Origin: Octopus sinensis
Lineage: Eukaryota
Length of the DNA stretch: 64,000 bases
Direction of reading: 5' to 3'
Assembly (NCBI RefSeq): GCF_006345805.1
Contig: NC_043002.1
Span: 12,338,001-12,402,000 of the forward strand
The notes below the pieces were generated by a model. The model was not told the origin of the DNA. It did not search any database and saw nothing but the letters and a program-made list of their open reading frames with translations. Numbering within the stretch: the first letter of the stretch is position 1; each line of letters opens with the position of its first letter. Shown here one piece after another: positions 1 to 13,209 of the stretch. A program made the translations under genes and the position numbers.

Positions 1-559
1 TTTTATTTTTGTTTAATATCGTCAATCCAGCTTAGTAACGCGCTGCAATCTTTGCAAAATTCAACGGTTAGGTTTTCAAATATTTTTCTATCATTCTTTC
101 ATTTCCGGTTTACGTCTACTTTTGTACTTAGCGTTCTGTTTATCACAAAGGTTTATTTATTTTTTTAATCTCAAACTCTAACACTCATTACTTAGCGGTT
201 CGGCAAAAGGGCCCTACAGAATAACTACGAGAATTGATAAATACAAATGAGAGATGGTCTTTATTTATTCAGCCAAAAAGCCTTCAAAGTTGGTTCGGTG
301 ACCCAGCATGACTAGAGTCCAATGAATGAAACATGTAAAAGATAACAGATATCCAAAAGACGTGGTAATCACAGCTGGAACGCTTTTGATCAAAGTTTTG
401 CTTCATCAGAATTTGACTTAGCGTTAAACACAACCGATAAAAAAAATTCTTTTAAAACGAAAAGAAAAAAAAAGGAAATTCAGTTATGTAGCAATATCAA
501 AAAAAAAAGTTCCTTCATCTTTTCTCATGGAACCTGCTGCATGAGAATCTTCCATCTTC

Positions 560-1383
560 AACCAACTTGTTTCGACGATGTTTTCCTTACACCATTACCC
601 TTCCGTCCTTCCATCCTTCCTTCCTTTCTTCCTTTCTCTCTATCACCCTTTACTCTCCTTCTATCTTAGATTTGCTTCTATCTTATTACTTTCAACTTCC
701 AAGTTACGTTCTTCACTCCTATCTATTTGCTCCACTTCTTTACGTTATCACTTCAAGCTTTATTTTGGTCCTTTTAAACATATTTTCTTTTGTCTTTCTT
801 CTCTTTAACCTTGCTCCTATTCATATCTTCCTCTACTGCTATCTTGTTCCATCCATATCTTCCTGTATTCATATCTCCTTCCATCCATATCTTCATATAT
901 CCACAACTTCCTGTATTCACATCTAGTCTTCATTTCCTTCTTACTACTTCATCGTCTTTGTTTCATTCAATTGTTTTCGTTTTCTTTACTCTTTCATTCT
1001 TTCTTTCTTTCCTTCCTTCTTTCTACATCATATCTTCCATCTCAGTTTTTCTCTTACCCTTTTATCTCTCAATTTTCCCTCAATTTTTTTTTTGTCTTCT
1101 TTTCTTCCCAATTCTGATCGTTCTGCTTTATTTCCCGCTTGTCCTTCCATACCTCCTATTCTCTTCCAATAGTCTATACAAATCTCTGTTGCTTTCTATG
1201 TGCCACCGTAACATTATTCATACCTCAGCCCTCACCCTATTATCTCTCTCTCTCTCTCTTTAACATTGCCCCTCTCCCTTTCTTTAACTTCATCTCTCTC
1301 TCTTTAACATTGCTCCTCTCTCTTTCTTTACTTCATCTCTCTTTCTTTCTCTTTTTAACTTAATCTTTCTTTCTTTCTTTCTT

Positions 1384-1442
<59 letters not shown>

Positions 1443-1540
1443 ATCTATCTATCTACCTATCTTTCGCTTCATCTCTCTTGCATTCATTTCTTTTGTGTTT
1501 TTGCTTCATCTCTCTTTCTCATCTCGTTCTGTCACTTCTT
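560..1540. repeat. CT-rich low-complexity/polypyrimidine tract
   Basis: Degenerate (CT)n/(CTTT)n. The overlapping ORFs are F/L/S-rich artefacts. Confidence 0.85.
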
Positions 1541-2119
1541 CTCTCTGTCTTCTCTCGCTTACTCTCTTTCTCTCTCTCTGTCCCTCTTTCACTCATTCAT
1601 TCTCCATTACACCATAGAGCAAACAGTCAACCAGGCATGACCAGCCACGACCAGCCACGACCAGCCATGACAGGTCTAACGCACGCTTACACACAAAAAC
1701 ACACACACTCTCTCTCTCTCTCTCTCTCGCAAATAGCCTTACCATCGCACTCACACACACAGCCACCGCCACCCTGGGGCACCATACTGCCACGCTGCCA
1801 ATCAACTCCTTCATCAATCGCACTACTTTGCAGTCTAGTGTTGAACTGTGTTATCGCCAGATCGATTGAACGACAATCAATTAGATACACATCGGGTCAT
1901 CAACAACAACGACAACAACAACAACAACAACAACAATAACAACAACAGCAACAACAACGACCACAACGACCACAGCACAAACTGTTTCTAAACAGCAACA
2001 ACTACACAAATAACAACAACAGAAATCTACATAAAATCGACAACAATAAAAGGAACACCAACAACAATGGTGATTATAGTATTTGCTTTTATTTTTGACC
2101 AACGACAAGAACAAAAGAC

Positions 2120-2852
2120 ATCAAACACACCACGCACTCTCCTCCTCCTAACACTCTCGGCTTCTCTCGCTCTTTCGCAATCTCTCTCTCTCTCTCTCTC
2201 TCTCTGTGTCTCTCTTTCCGTGTTTGTGTCTCTATCTCTTTCCTTCTATCTCATTCTCACTCAATCCGGCTCGGTCTCTACGTCTGAATTTCTGTTTGAC
2301 ACCCACACTCTCTCACCTTCACCTTCGCTCTCCCATTCTCTGTCTATCAGTTTCTATATTTCTTTCTCACTCTCACTTTCTCTCTCTCAAACTTTACCTG
2401 CCTGTCTGTCTGTCTGTCTCTCTCCCTCCCTTTCTCTGTCTCTCTCCCTGTCTCTCTCTCTTTCTCTGTCTCTCTCTGTCTCTCTCTGACTCTCTGTCTC
2501 TGTCTCTCTCTCTTTCTCTGTCTCTGTCTCTCTCTTTCTCTGTCTCTCTGTCTCTCTCTCTCTCTCTATTTGTCACAGTATCTGAATCAGTCTGTATGTC
2601 TCTCTCTCTCTCTTACTCTCTCTCTCTATTCCCTCTTTTATTCTCTGTCCTCTCTATCCTCTTTCTCTTACTCTCTCATCTCTCTCTTCTCTCTCATCTC
2701 TCATCTCCCTCTTCTCTCTCTTTACTCTCTCTCTCTCTCTCTCCATCTCACATTGCCTCAGTCAGTCTATATTTTCTCCCTCTCACCCTCTTACTCTCCC
2801 GTACTCTGCCTCTCTCAGTCTCTCTCTCTCTCTCATTTTTACTTTGTCTCTC

Positions 2853-2894
<42 letters not shown>

Positions 2895-2900
2895 ACTTTG
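2120..2900. repeat. Compound (CT)n/(CTGT)n microsatellite tract
   Basis: Long TCTCTC/TCTG runs. Confidence 0.9.
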
Positions 2901-3304
2901 ATACACTCGCACTTTCACGTACACGCGTAGACACACATACATGCAAATATACACCAAAGATACGACTTTTTAGTTTCGATGTCATGCATTCATGAATAAT
3001 AGCGTCGTTTATTATAAATTACCAGCGGTCAAATCGATGACTCACTACATTTTCGATGGCAAAGATAAGACTATATCTACCCACGCAACTAGGACGTAAT
3101 AGATATCCGTGTCTTCTTTATTGTCCGATGCACCTACATATTGGTAATATATCATTAATGAGTATGACTTTCGCCGACACAGATAAGAGCACATTAAAAA
3201 ACATAGATATAAACGCATGTGTGCGCGCGCGCGCGCGTGTGTGTGTGCGTGTGTGTGTGTGTGTGTGTGGTGTGTGTGTGTGTGATTGACCGCTAGCTTC
3301 AAAA

Positions 3305-3468
3305 GCTTTTTTTTCTATATTATTCTGTTTATTTCCCCGTGTTCTTTTCTGTTGCAGAGCGTAGGCTCGAAACGTAAAAGACTTTCTTACCTTCCTGAGC
3401 GTCAAACTAATACGCCTGTTTGTGGTTTATATACCTGTCTTCGTCTTTTGTTTTTCTGTAAATTTCAA
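3305..3468 (+). mobile_element. Short non-autonomous element with a degenerate hammerhead-like motif (Penelope-like tail)
   Basis: tttt-CTGTTGC-A-GAGC-gtag-GCTC-GAAAC-GTA-aaag at 3345-3380. Related sequences at 22842-23056 (+) and 51283-51465 (-). Followed by (TA)n. Confidence 0.6.
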
Positions 3469-3588
3469 ATATATATATATATATATATAGAAATATATAT
3501 GTCTATATATATGTGTATATATATATATATATATATACACATACATACATATGTATATATATATATATATACACATACATATGTATAT

Positions 3589-3645
<57 letters not shown>

Positions 3646-4036
3646 GTGTGTGTGTGTGCGTGTGCACATGTTTATATGCGTGCTTGCGCGTGCGTCTAAC
3701 ACCCAGTGTTGGTTTGTTTACATCTTTCCTCCCGCAAATCACTTTGGGAAGGAGGGACATTCTAGGTATAAAAGAGTGTAAAAACTAGGTATTGGCTTGG
3801 ATTTATTCGACTAAACAAAGGATTTTCCACCGAGGTCTGTATGGATCCTGGGAGTTCATATAAGATTTTTAGGGGTTCACGTATCCAATGTAGTAAATTG
3901 GGGGAATGGAGGTACACGATCATTTTTCAGGGGCCATGTAATAATTGTGCTTCAGAGCAGCGAAGTTTATGCGCAATAAATTGGTTATACATCCACAGTA
4001 CACAAAATAACTGAACATTTTTATACATATCTTAAT

Positions 4037-4554
4037 ACTATTTCGTTGAGGAAAAAGTTCGTGTGCCGTGTTAAAATAATACTTTTTTATACATATTTTA
4101 TACATATTTTTGTGGTGTGTGTCTTCATTCAGTTCATGCCATGTTCAATGGTGATTCGACTTGCGCGTCGAAAACACGCTTTGTTCCAACAAGACAATGC
4201 AAAGCCACATACCGCCAGAAAGACCAGCAACAAGATTGAAGAACTGGACAGTGTGGAAGTTCTGCCGCATCCAGCCTACAGTCTAGATAGTGTTCGATCT
4301 AACTACAGACTCTTACGAAAGGTCACCAATTTGAGTCATTCAAAGAAGTTGAAGAAGCCTAAAAGAATTTTTCCATTCAAAGCCGAAGGATTGGTACTTT
4401 GACCAAATCCGAAAGCTTGCAGATCGTTGGCAGAAGGTCGTGGAAAATGATGGTCTTTATTTTGAAGAATAGTTGTTGTTGTTTTTGAATAAATTCTTGC
4501 ATAAAAAAAATCATCATTTTAACTCGGCGCACGAACTTTTTCCCTAATCTAGTA
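4037..4554 (+). mobile_element. Internally deleted mariner transposon with both TIRs
   Basis: ORF 4046-4402 encodes LFQQDNAKPHTA...VLPHPAYSLD (mariner HDNARPH / PHPPYSPDL). Left gaaaaagttcgtgtgccg (4051-4068) is the inverted match of right cggcgcacgaactttttc (4525-4542). Confidence 0.85.
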
Positions 4555-5070
4555 TTTATCACTAAACACACAATAGGATTTTTTTTAAACATCGAATGGC
4601 TATGGTGGTTCCACCCAAGCAAAATGGCAATCAAAGGGCTTCATAGATAAAAGCAGCAGTGCTCCAATATGGCTGGCCCAACGGCATAGCTAATAGGTGA
4701 TAGAAAGAAGTGAGCATATTTTTCAAAATTGACGCCTTTCCAATAATATTTTAAAAACACTTTAGTTCACTGGAATGCCATTTTTCCTCTTAATCACATT
4801 GGCCCTGGAAGAAATTTCTGGTGTCATTACATTATTTGGCCGACCTGTCATGTGCTCAATCGCCTGTGATCTGTTGGAAGCCACCGAAGAACCAAAACAA
4901 ACCCTGACGTCATAACCTCTTGACACTGGACGGTTCCGTGGAGTTTCATCTTTTCACGTGACACCTGTATCCATTGTTCCAAGTTTCTTACATAATGACG
5001 TTGTAAATGAAACATGAATTTAATAAGGTAAAAGAAAGTTGTTGTTGATGTTGTTGTTGTAGATGTTTGT

Positions 5071-5360
5071 TCCTTCTCGAGCCATGCTTGGCTCATAAGG
5101 GCCGGTTTCTCGGTTTCATTGGTGTATAGGTTCCCCATCTGGACGTGACGCCGGTCCACCTCAGGTAAGCTGCAATAAGCGGGAGGAGAGAGTGAGAGAA
5201 AGTCGTGGCGAAAGAATCAATAGAAGTTCGCCATTACCTTCTGCAGGTGCCGTGTAGAGCTTAGGCGTTTCGCTCATACACACACACACACATAGCCCGG
5301 TGTGAGATTTGAACCCGCGACCGCGAGTCCGCTGATCTAACCACTAAATCATGTGCCTCT
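5071..5360 (-). mobile_element. tRNA-derived SINE (head H2 + tail D)
   Basis: Minus strand starts with a tRNA-like A/B-box head and ends in a (CAA)n-like tail. Colinear with 20078-20373. Confidence 0.8.
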
Positions 5361-5504
5361 ACTAAAAGGTTGTACGTATAATATAACCAACGAAATATTT
5401 CGCATACTATAAGAGAAATGAGCAGAAAATTCTTTGGCGTGTGTCACCGCACCTATTTTAATGTGTCCTCTCCTCCTAAATTCAGAACCCGACGACGCCT
5501 CCCT

Positions 5505-5738
5505 AAAAAAGTCTAGTACTTATTCTATCGGTCTCTTTTGCCAAACCGATAAGTTGCGGGGACGTAAACACACCAGCATCGGTTGTCAAGCGACGGGCTT
5601 CTTTCAGTTTCTGTCCACCAAATCCACTCACAAGGATTTGGTCGACCCGAGGCTATAGTAGGAGACACGTGCCCAAGGTGCCATGCAGTGGGACTGAACC
5701 CAGAACCATGTGGGTCGTAAGCAAGCTACTCCTATGCC
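5505..5738 (-). mobile_element. SINE family A lacking the internal microsatellite
   Basis: Matches 37005-37420, but the two halves are joined directly (tcaagcga|cgggcttc). Confidence 0.8.
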
Positions 5739-5858
5739 TATTTTTGTATACTTCCACTTTATTTCTTTTTGAAAAGGTTCCTCCTACTCTTTTGAATTTC
5801 AAATTCTTTGATCAAATCCTCAAAGTTAATCTTAGGTAACACATCTGCATCTATACTT

Positions 5859-6272
5859 GGATCTTTTCGGTTTGAACGGCAGTTTTTAACATAATTTCTA
5901 GGTAACTAAAAAAATTAAAACTTCGTATACTGGTAGAATGTGTTTATAAAACATCTTTTTCTCTTTGCTTTATTGAGAAAATCCTATAGTTTGTAAGATA
6001 TTTGTTGTTTTTCCTTCAATTTCTGTAATTTCAACCAATCAGTGACGTCCATTGAGGTAAAACACATTCTGTGCTGTATGAATATGTACCTCGTTTAAGA
6101 AACAGATTGGGTTTATTTACATTTGTGCAGAAAAAAAGATACTTTCCCCCCACCCCTAACCCTAACCCTAAAACAGAATGAAATGCAATAGATCGATACT
6201 AGGGTCATAATTATAGGTGACAATTTCATATGACACCGCTAGAAAAAACTGCCGTTCAAACCGAAAAGATCC
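5859..6272. mobile_element. MITE with perfect 29-bp TIRs and internal (CCCTAA)3
   Basis: GGATCTTTTCGGTTTGAACGGCAGTTTTT (5859-5887) and its exact reverse complement (6244-6272). Flanks ctatactt/ctatattt (8 bp, one mismatch). Confidence 0.9.
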
Positions 6273-8283
6273 CTATATTTAATAGAGATAAAGCAAGTTT
6301 AAAGTGATTTCTTTTGTGCCATAAACCATTTACCATTTCTGTGATACCCCTTCCTTCCCTTGATGCTTTAAGCACGTGCTTATTTTACCTAATGGTTAAT
6401 CCAGCGCTGAGTGTATCTACGTTCATTTTGCTGCCATTTTCCAATGATTTGATGCAAACTTTTTACAGTATTCTACAGCTTTCTCTTTCGTATTTTATTA
6501 TCGTGTAGTTTGGGGTATTGATATGTTTATTTTCATTGCTTCACTCTACCTTGATACCATTAATTTTAGGAAAAAAATACATATAATCACTTATCTTTAT
6601 GTGGCATCTTCAAAGATTATACTCCAGTAAGCTGAACTATATGAACAGCATTATTCTAACATCTATAATTTTCTCCTCTGTTCAAGTTTGTAGGGGATTA
6701 TTCTTCATTATTTGTTTTTCTAATCCCTCCTTATTTGATTTAATCCACTGCAGATTTACACACTTTACGATATTCTTCTATCGGCTAATTTAGCCTGTGT
6801 CGTTTGGTATAAGTCACAACATTTCGTTACAATAACTAAATTTTATATCAGATAAATAAACTTATAGTTTTCATAGTTATCCGGTTAGCGCAGATTTAAC
6901 ATTAAGTATTGGTTTAAAACAAACATTACACTATACTACACGCTGAAAATTTATTTACACAATCGCAAAGTTAGAGAATCTTCCAGTATAATGTTTATTA
7001 TTAGAAATCCCTTCTACATATCAGCATAATATTTCTTCGTCTTTTCAAATACAAGGCAGGGAGTGTACCATTGACAGGGCCAAAGAAGGCCGAAATCACC
7101 GGATATGGTAGTCTCAGGGGCAATAGAAGAGTATTACCTTCCGCTAGCAGACTATTACCTTTCTCCTAAATAATTAATTTCTCCGCCATGTTGAGCGTTA
7201 AATGTTTGCTTTTCGGGTTTCCACTAGTAAGCTGCTCTTGTGCTGGCCTTTCAGACATGATAATAATTAAAAATTATAATAAATTAAGACAAATAACTGC
7301 TTAACTGCAAGAGTTATACAGGAACAGGCATCGTCTGATGCATCCACCACGGAAACCAAAAGAAAGCGACCGCGCGGCGAACTGCTACAGCCTGCGAAAT
7401 TCAAAGCTAGCCAGTTTCAAAAATTACCGGATTTCTGGTAATTCTGGATTTCTATTGGGTTGTCGATTTTTAAAGGAAAGAAAAAGGTCAATAAATACTT
7501 GCCGTTACATTTTTAATCAACCAAATATGAGCCACTCCGCTAGTGGTATAAGCATGAGTGCTTGTATGCATAACAAGTCCATAAGTGAGGTCCTCTCATA
7601 GCAAGTAATGCAGTATTCTCTGTTCTAAAGCATATCCACTTTTAGCGGAAGATAAAAAATATTATCAGAAATATCAAATTTCTAAATCTCTCATAGAGAT
7701 ATGTACGGTGGTGGGGCGATAGAATGGTTGTATACTGTCAATCTAACGTGAACGTGACAGTAAGGGGTTACACCACCGCTGTTTAGCCCTAGGAAGCATC
7801 GACGCCTCCTGATGGCTTTGACACATTTTTCCTGTGTCCTTATATACATTTACGAAGGGGAGACAAACACCCTAATGCTTCTGTTACGATTTATCATAAT
7901 TTACTTTTAGAATTTATCAAGATGATAAACCTAACGGTCTTTCAAGCATCAATCCTTTTTCTGTATTCCTTCAGTTCATTTTCTTACCCTCAACAATTCC
8001 ATAAATAGATTTTCCCCCGTAAGTGCTAAGGATATCAAAGTTCAATCAAGCTAATTCATAAATCTTTCTCTTTATTTTATTTTACTATATTTTATTTTCG
8101 TATGAATAGATATCAAAAAAATCTGTATACAATGAATAACAGTTCCTGATTTCCTTATTCAATCTGTGGCCCCTCTTGTATTACATTGGAAAATATCTTT
8201 ATATTAAAATTTCCATCTGACAACAGTTAGGCGTATGTATGCGTACAGATACTCTTGACGATGTCATTGTGAATTTGAAGGGA

Positions 8284-8326
8284 TTTATATATATATACAT
8301 ATATATACACATATACACACATATAC

Positions 8327-8392
<66 letters not shown>

Positions 8393-8503
8393 ATGTATGT
8401 ATATATACATATATATATGTGTGTATATATATATACATATATATACATATATATATAATATATATACATATATATATACATACATATATATACAAATATA
8501 TAT

Positions 8504-8578
<75 letters not shown>

Positions 8579-8615
8579 TATATACATACATATATATGTA
8601 TATATATACACATAT
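8284..8615. repeat. (TA)n/(TACA)n microsatellite
   Basis: Direct reading. Confidence 0.95.
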
Positions 8616-8959
8616 TTAATGCTATCTGTTGTTATTGTCTTTATTGGCGATGCTGTTATTTTGCGGCAGTTGTTTCTGTTGGTTTGTTTTCGTTTAATTT
8701 TTTGTCGTTGCTGTTTAAATTTCTCTTGCTATTTTCCTCTATCGTTTGTTGTTGCTGCTGCCGTTTATTATTGTAGTCGCTGTTGCTGCTTCTGCTGCTG
8801 CTGCTGCTGTTGTTGTTGTGCCCACTCGCTCGCTATCTTCTGATATCCGTCAGTGTTGTAATCTCGTCGCATTTGTCGCACCTCTACAACTTCTGTTGTA
8901 TATAAAATATGAGATAAGAGCTTTGCATAACCAAAAACACAAAACCCGGAAAAATAACA

Positions 8960-9795
8960 GAGGAAACCACCAACACCACTACCGCCTCCGCTGCTGCCGC
9001 CGCTACCACTGCCAGGACTGCATCCACCACCACCATCACCACCATCTTCACAAACTACAACAACAACAGCAACAACAAGGCGATTACGTCTATCACTATC
9101 ACTATGAAGACGTTGAAAACAAGAATGATCACCGACTCAGCTATCAAAATCAGTGCTATCATCATCATCGTCATCATTATTATCATCGCCGTCGTCGTCG
9201 TCGTCATCATCATCATCATCATCATTATCCTGATTGTCTTCGTCGTCGTCATGATCATTATCATCATCATCATCATCATCATCGTCTTCGTCGTCGTCGT
9301 CATCATCATCATCATCAATACTTTCATCATCATCATCATCTTCGTCATCATCGTTGTCGTTGGCATCATCATCATCTTCGTTGTCGTCGTCGTCGTCATT
9401 ATCATCCTCATCATAATCGTCATAATCATGATCATCATCTTCGTCATCATCATCATCATCATCATTGTCTTCATCATCGTCGTCATCATCATCATCATCA
9501 ACATCGGCGTCGACATCATCATCATCATCCTCGTCTTTGTTGTGGTCGTGGTGGTCGTGATCGTCATCGTCCTCATCATGATCATCACCATCATCATCAA
9601 TCGTCGTCGACGTCGTCATCATCTTCGTCTTCGTCGTCGTCGTGGTCATCATCCTCCTCCTCCTCATCATCATCATCGTTATCATCATCATCATCATCAT
9701 CCTCAACATCACCGTCTTTGCCATGGTCGTGGTGGTCGTGATCGTCATCGTCGTCACCATCACTATCACCAATCGTCGTTGTCATGGTCGTCATA
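8960..9795. repeat. Compound (CAT)n/(CGT)n trinucleotide tract
   Basis: Open in several frames on both strands (poly-H, I/V, D, M), as expected for a triplet repeat. Confidence 0.85.
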
Positions 9796-10151
9796 ATTCT
9801 CCCAATTCTTAGCTGCATACTATAGGAGCCGCCGTAAACGTGGCCGCTCCACTTGCTAGAAATAAGTCAAATTTCCTTGCAATATCTATTTTTTAAAACA
9901 AAAGGTCATTAAGTAAGTTGGTCTGCTTCCGCTTGACATAGAAAAAACGAAGAGATGTTCACGGTGGGAAAGATTTTAATCAGGTTTAAGCTGGAGCTAT
10001 GATGATCAATATCTTCTTTATTATCAACATAACAAATATTATTGCCATCCTCACCGGCGCCGCCACCACCATTACACGTACCACTACCACCGCCCTTTAT
10101 TATTATTATTGTTGTTGTTGTTGTTGTTGTTGTTAGTATTATTATTAATTT

Positions 10152-10362
10152 CGGTGAGCGGGCAGAAACGCTAGCACGCCGAGCATAATGTGTCGCGGTA
10201 TTTCGCCTGTCTTCATGTTCTGAGTTCAAATTCTGCCGAGGTTGACTTTGCCTTGCATCCTCTCGGGGTCGATAAATTAAGTACAAGTTACACGCTGATG
10301 TAGATGTAATCGACTCATCCCCCCCCCCCAACTTTCAGGCATTGTGCCTAGAGTAGAAAGGA
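10152..10362 (+). mobile_element. tRNA-derived SINE family B
   Basis: ggtgagcgggcagaaacgctagc...gttctgagttcaaattctgccgagg...gcctagagtagaaag; many copies in the window. Confidence 0.85.
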
Positions 10363-10374
10363 TTATTGTCGTTG

Positions 10375-10410
<36 letters not shown>

Positions 10411-10450
10411 ATTAATATTAATATTATTAATATTATTATTATTATTATTA

Positions 10451-10490
<40 letters not shown>

Positions 10491-10534
10491 ATATTATTAA
10501 TATTATTAATATTATTATTATTATTATTATTATT

Positions 10535-11088
10535 GAGTGAGGAAGCAGTTCATGCCATCAAAGTGACACTGGGGTAAAATTTACGAAGCCCAATATACCC
10601 ATCATGACTACCCGTCTGATAAGGGTACACTAGGGACATGCATCACAACCATATGTGCGCGACATGGTGATCTCATATCAAGATAAACAGCACATGACCT
10701 TGCAGGTGGGGCCCAGTTAGAATTTTCTTCAGGTCGAGTAGCCCATCCCGCTCAAAAGGTCCCTGAATAAGGGTTGTTTAAGGATGTTGAAAGAACCACC
10801 CATGTTTCCAGAGGTGAATTATTCAAACCCCAAAGAATCCCTCTCAACACATGGCTATGATGCTCCCCCACTACTTCTGCTCGTGATCAGAGATGCACAT
10901 ATCGTCAGCCACTAAAGAACATGCTCAACTGGTTAAGGTAAAAAAAACTGACAAGCAAATCTGTGGTATTGAGCAGAATATTTGCTGTAGCCCATCTTTT
11001 ATACCAAGACAAAACGATGTACATGCAAACACTTCCAATTAGTTAAGATCAGAAGCCATGAGAGCCACTGTCTGGTACTGCATCAAGG

Positions 11089-11089
<1 letters not shown>
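10535..11089 (-). mobile_element. Non-coding ~555-bp element in (ATT)n, copy 1
   Basis: Colinear with 11165-11715 and 12156-12523; (ATT)n on both sides. Confidence 0.8.
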
Positions 11090-11164
<75 letters not shown>

Positions 11165-11166
<2 letters not shown>

Positions 11167-11715
11167 GGGAGAGAGCAGTGCATGCCATCAAAGTGACACT
11201 GGGATAAAATATACGAAGCCCAGTATACCCATCATGACTACCCGTCTGATAAGGGTACACTAGGGACATGCATCCCGCGGTATGTGCGCGACGGTGGTCT
11301 CATATCAAGATAAACAGCACATGATCTTGCAGGCGGGGCCCAGTTGGAATTTTCTTCTGGTCGAGTAACCCATCTCGCTCAAAAGGTCTCTGAAAAAGGG
11401 CTGTTTAAGGATGTTGAACGAAACACCCATGTTTCCAGATGTAAATTATTCAAATCCCAAAGAAACCCTCTCAACACATGGCCATGGTGCTCCCCCACTA
11501 CTTCTGCTCATGATCAGAGATGCACATATCGTCAGCTACTAAGGGACATGCTCAACTGGTTAAGGTCAGACAACTGACAAGCAAATCTGTGGCATTGAGC
11601 AGAATATTTGTTGTAGCCCATCTCTTATACCAAGACAAAAGAATGTACATGATAACACTTCCAATCAGTTAAGATCAGAAGCCATGAGAGCCACTGTCTG
11701 GTATTGCATCAGGGC
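11165..11715 (-). mobile_element. Non-coding ~555-bp element in (ATT)n, copy 2
   Basis: Diverged full-length match to copy 1 with the same two ends. Confidence 0.8.
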
Positions 11716-11726
11716 ATTCATTATAA

Positions 11727-11768
<42 letters not shown>

Positions 11769-11770
11769 GT

Positions 11771-12110
11771 GAAGGCGCATGGCTCAGTGGTTAGAGCGTC
11801 GAGCTTACGATCGTGAGGTTGTGAGCTCGAATCCCGGACCGGGCTGCGTGCTGTGTTCTTGAGCAAGACACTTTATTTCACGTTGCTCCAGTTCACTCAG
11901 CTGTAGAAATGAGTTGCGACGTCACAGGTGCCAAGCTGTATCGACCTTTGTCTTTCCCTTGGATAACACTGGTGGCGTGGAGAGGGGAGGCCGGTATGCA
12001 TGGGCGACTACTGGTCTTCCATAAAACAACCTTGCCCAGACTTGTGCCTCAGAGGGTAACTCTCTAGGTGCAAACCCATGGTCACTCATGACCGAAGGGG
12101 GTCTTTACCC

Positions 12111-12112
<2 letters not shown>
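11771..12112 (+). mobile_element. tRNA-derived SINE (head H1, CORE-like middle, tail E) inside (ATT)n
   Basis: A box TGGCTCAGTGG, B box-like GCTCGAATCC, and ttgagcaagacactttatttcac resembling the CORE domain. Confidence 0.8.
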
Positions 12113-12155
<43 letters not shown>

Positions 12156-12520
12156 GAGTGAGAGAGCAGTGCATGCCATCAAAGTGACACTGGGGTAAAA
12201 TATACGAAGCCCAATATACCCATCATGACTACCCGTCCGATAAGGGTACACCAGGCACATGCATCACAACCATATGTGCGTGACATGGTGATCTCATATT
12301 AAGATAAACAGCGCATGACCTTGCAGGTGGGGCCCAGTTAGAATTTTCTTCAGGTTGAGTAGCCCATCCCGCTCAAAAGGTCCCTGAATAAGGGTTGTTT
12401 AAGGATGTTGAAAGAATCAACGATGTTTCCAGAGGTGAACTATTCAAACCCCAAAGAATCCCTCTCAACACATGGCTATGATGCTCCCCCACTACTTCTG
12501 CTCGTGATCAGAGATGCACA

Positions 12521-12523
<3 letters not shown>
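12156..12523 (-). mobile_element. Non-coding (ATT)n-embedded element, copy 3, truncated
   Basis: Same left end as copies 1 and 2. Homology stops at gagatgcacatat, which runs directly into (ATT)n. Confidence 0.8.
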
Positions 12524-12566
<43 letters not shown>

Positions 12567-12569
12567 TTT

Positions 12570-13135
12570 GGTGGCGAGCTGGCAGTATCATTAGCAAGCC
12601 GAGCTTATCTGGATTTTATTCGTCTGTACCTTCAGAGTTTAAATTCTGCAGAGGTCAACATTGCCTTTCATCCTGGTAATAAGTACCAGTTGAGCACTGA
12701 GGTTGCTATAATCGCTTTAAACCCTCCCCGTAAAATCGCTGGCCCTGTGACAAAATTTAAAACCATTATTATAATTACTATTGTTGTTATTAAAAGGAGT
12801 TAAGTCGGCAGAATCCTTAGCATACCGGACCAAATGCTAAGCGGCGTTTTTTCTGGCTCTTTACAGTTTGAGTTGAAGTGCTGCTATGAGCGACTTTGCC
12901 CCTTTTCCCTCAAAATTGCTGATCTTCTGCCAAAATTAGAAAGGGTTCCCATCATTATTAGCCGTAATTCGCCCGTTCTTACGTTCTGATTTCAAATTCC
13001 GCCGAGGTCGACTTTGCCTTTCATATTTTCGGGGTCGATAAATTAGGTACCAGTTACGCACTGGGTTCGATGTTATCGACTAGTCTCCTCCCAGCAAAAT
13101 TTCAGGCCTTCTGCCTATAGTAGGGAGTATTAGTA
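12570..13135 (+). mobile_element. Three degenerate tandem SINE family B copies
   Basis: ggcgagctggcag, agttaagtcggcagaatccttagc and ttcaaattccgccgaggtcgactttgcc motifs. Confidence 0.65.
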
Positions 13136-13209
13136 TCAACCCCCTTGACAACCCGCCCAATCAAAGGAGCATGACGCCCGCCGATCCTTGTACCAAGAAA
13201 CATACATAT

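Noticed and set aside
1478-1939. Poly-Q/Pro transcription-factor exon
   Set aside because: The ORF runs through (CT)n, (CA)n and (CAA)n and ends in a stop inside the repeat.
6154-6171. Interstitial telomere or chromosome fusion scar
   Set aside because: Only three units, and they are internal to a TIR element.
8746-9741. 331-aa His-rich protein
   Set aside because: A (CAT/CGT)n tract open in five of six frames; no domain or splice evidence.
11771-11845. Functional tRNA genes (here and at other SINE heads)
   Set aside because: No acceptor stem closure, and each continues into a multicopy SINE body.
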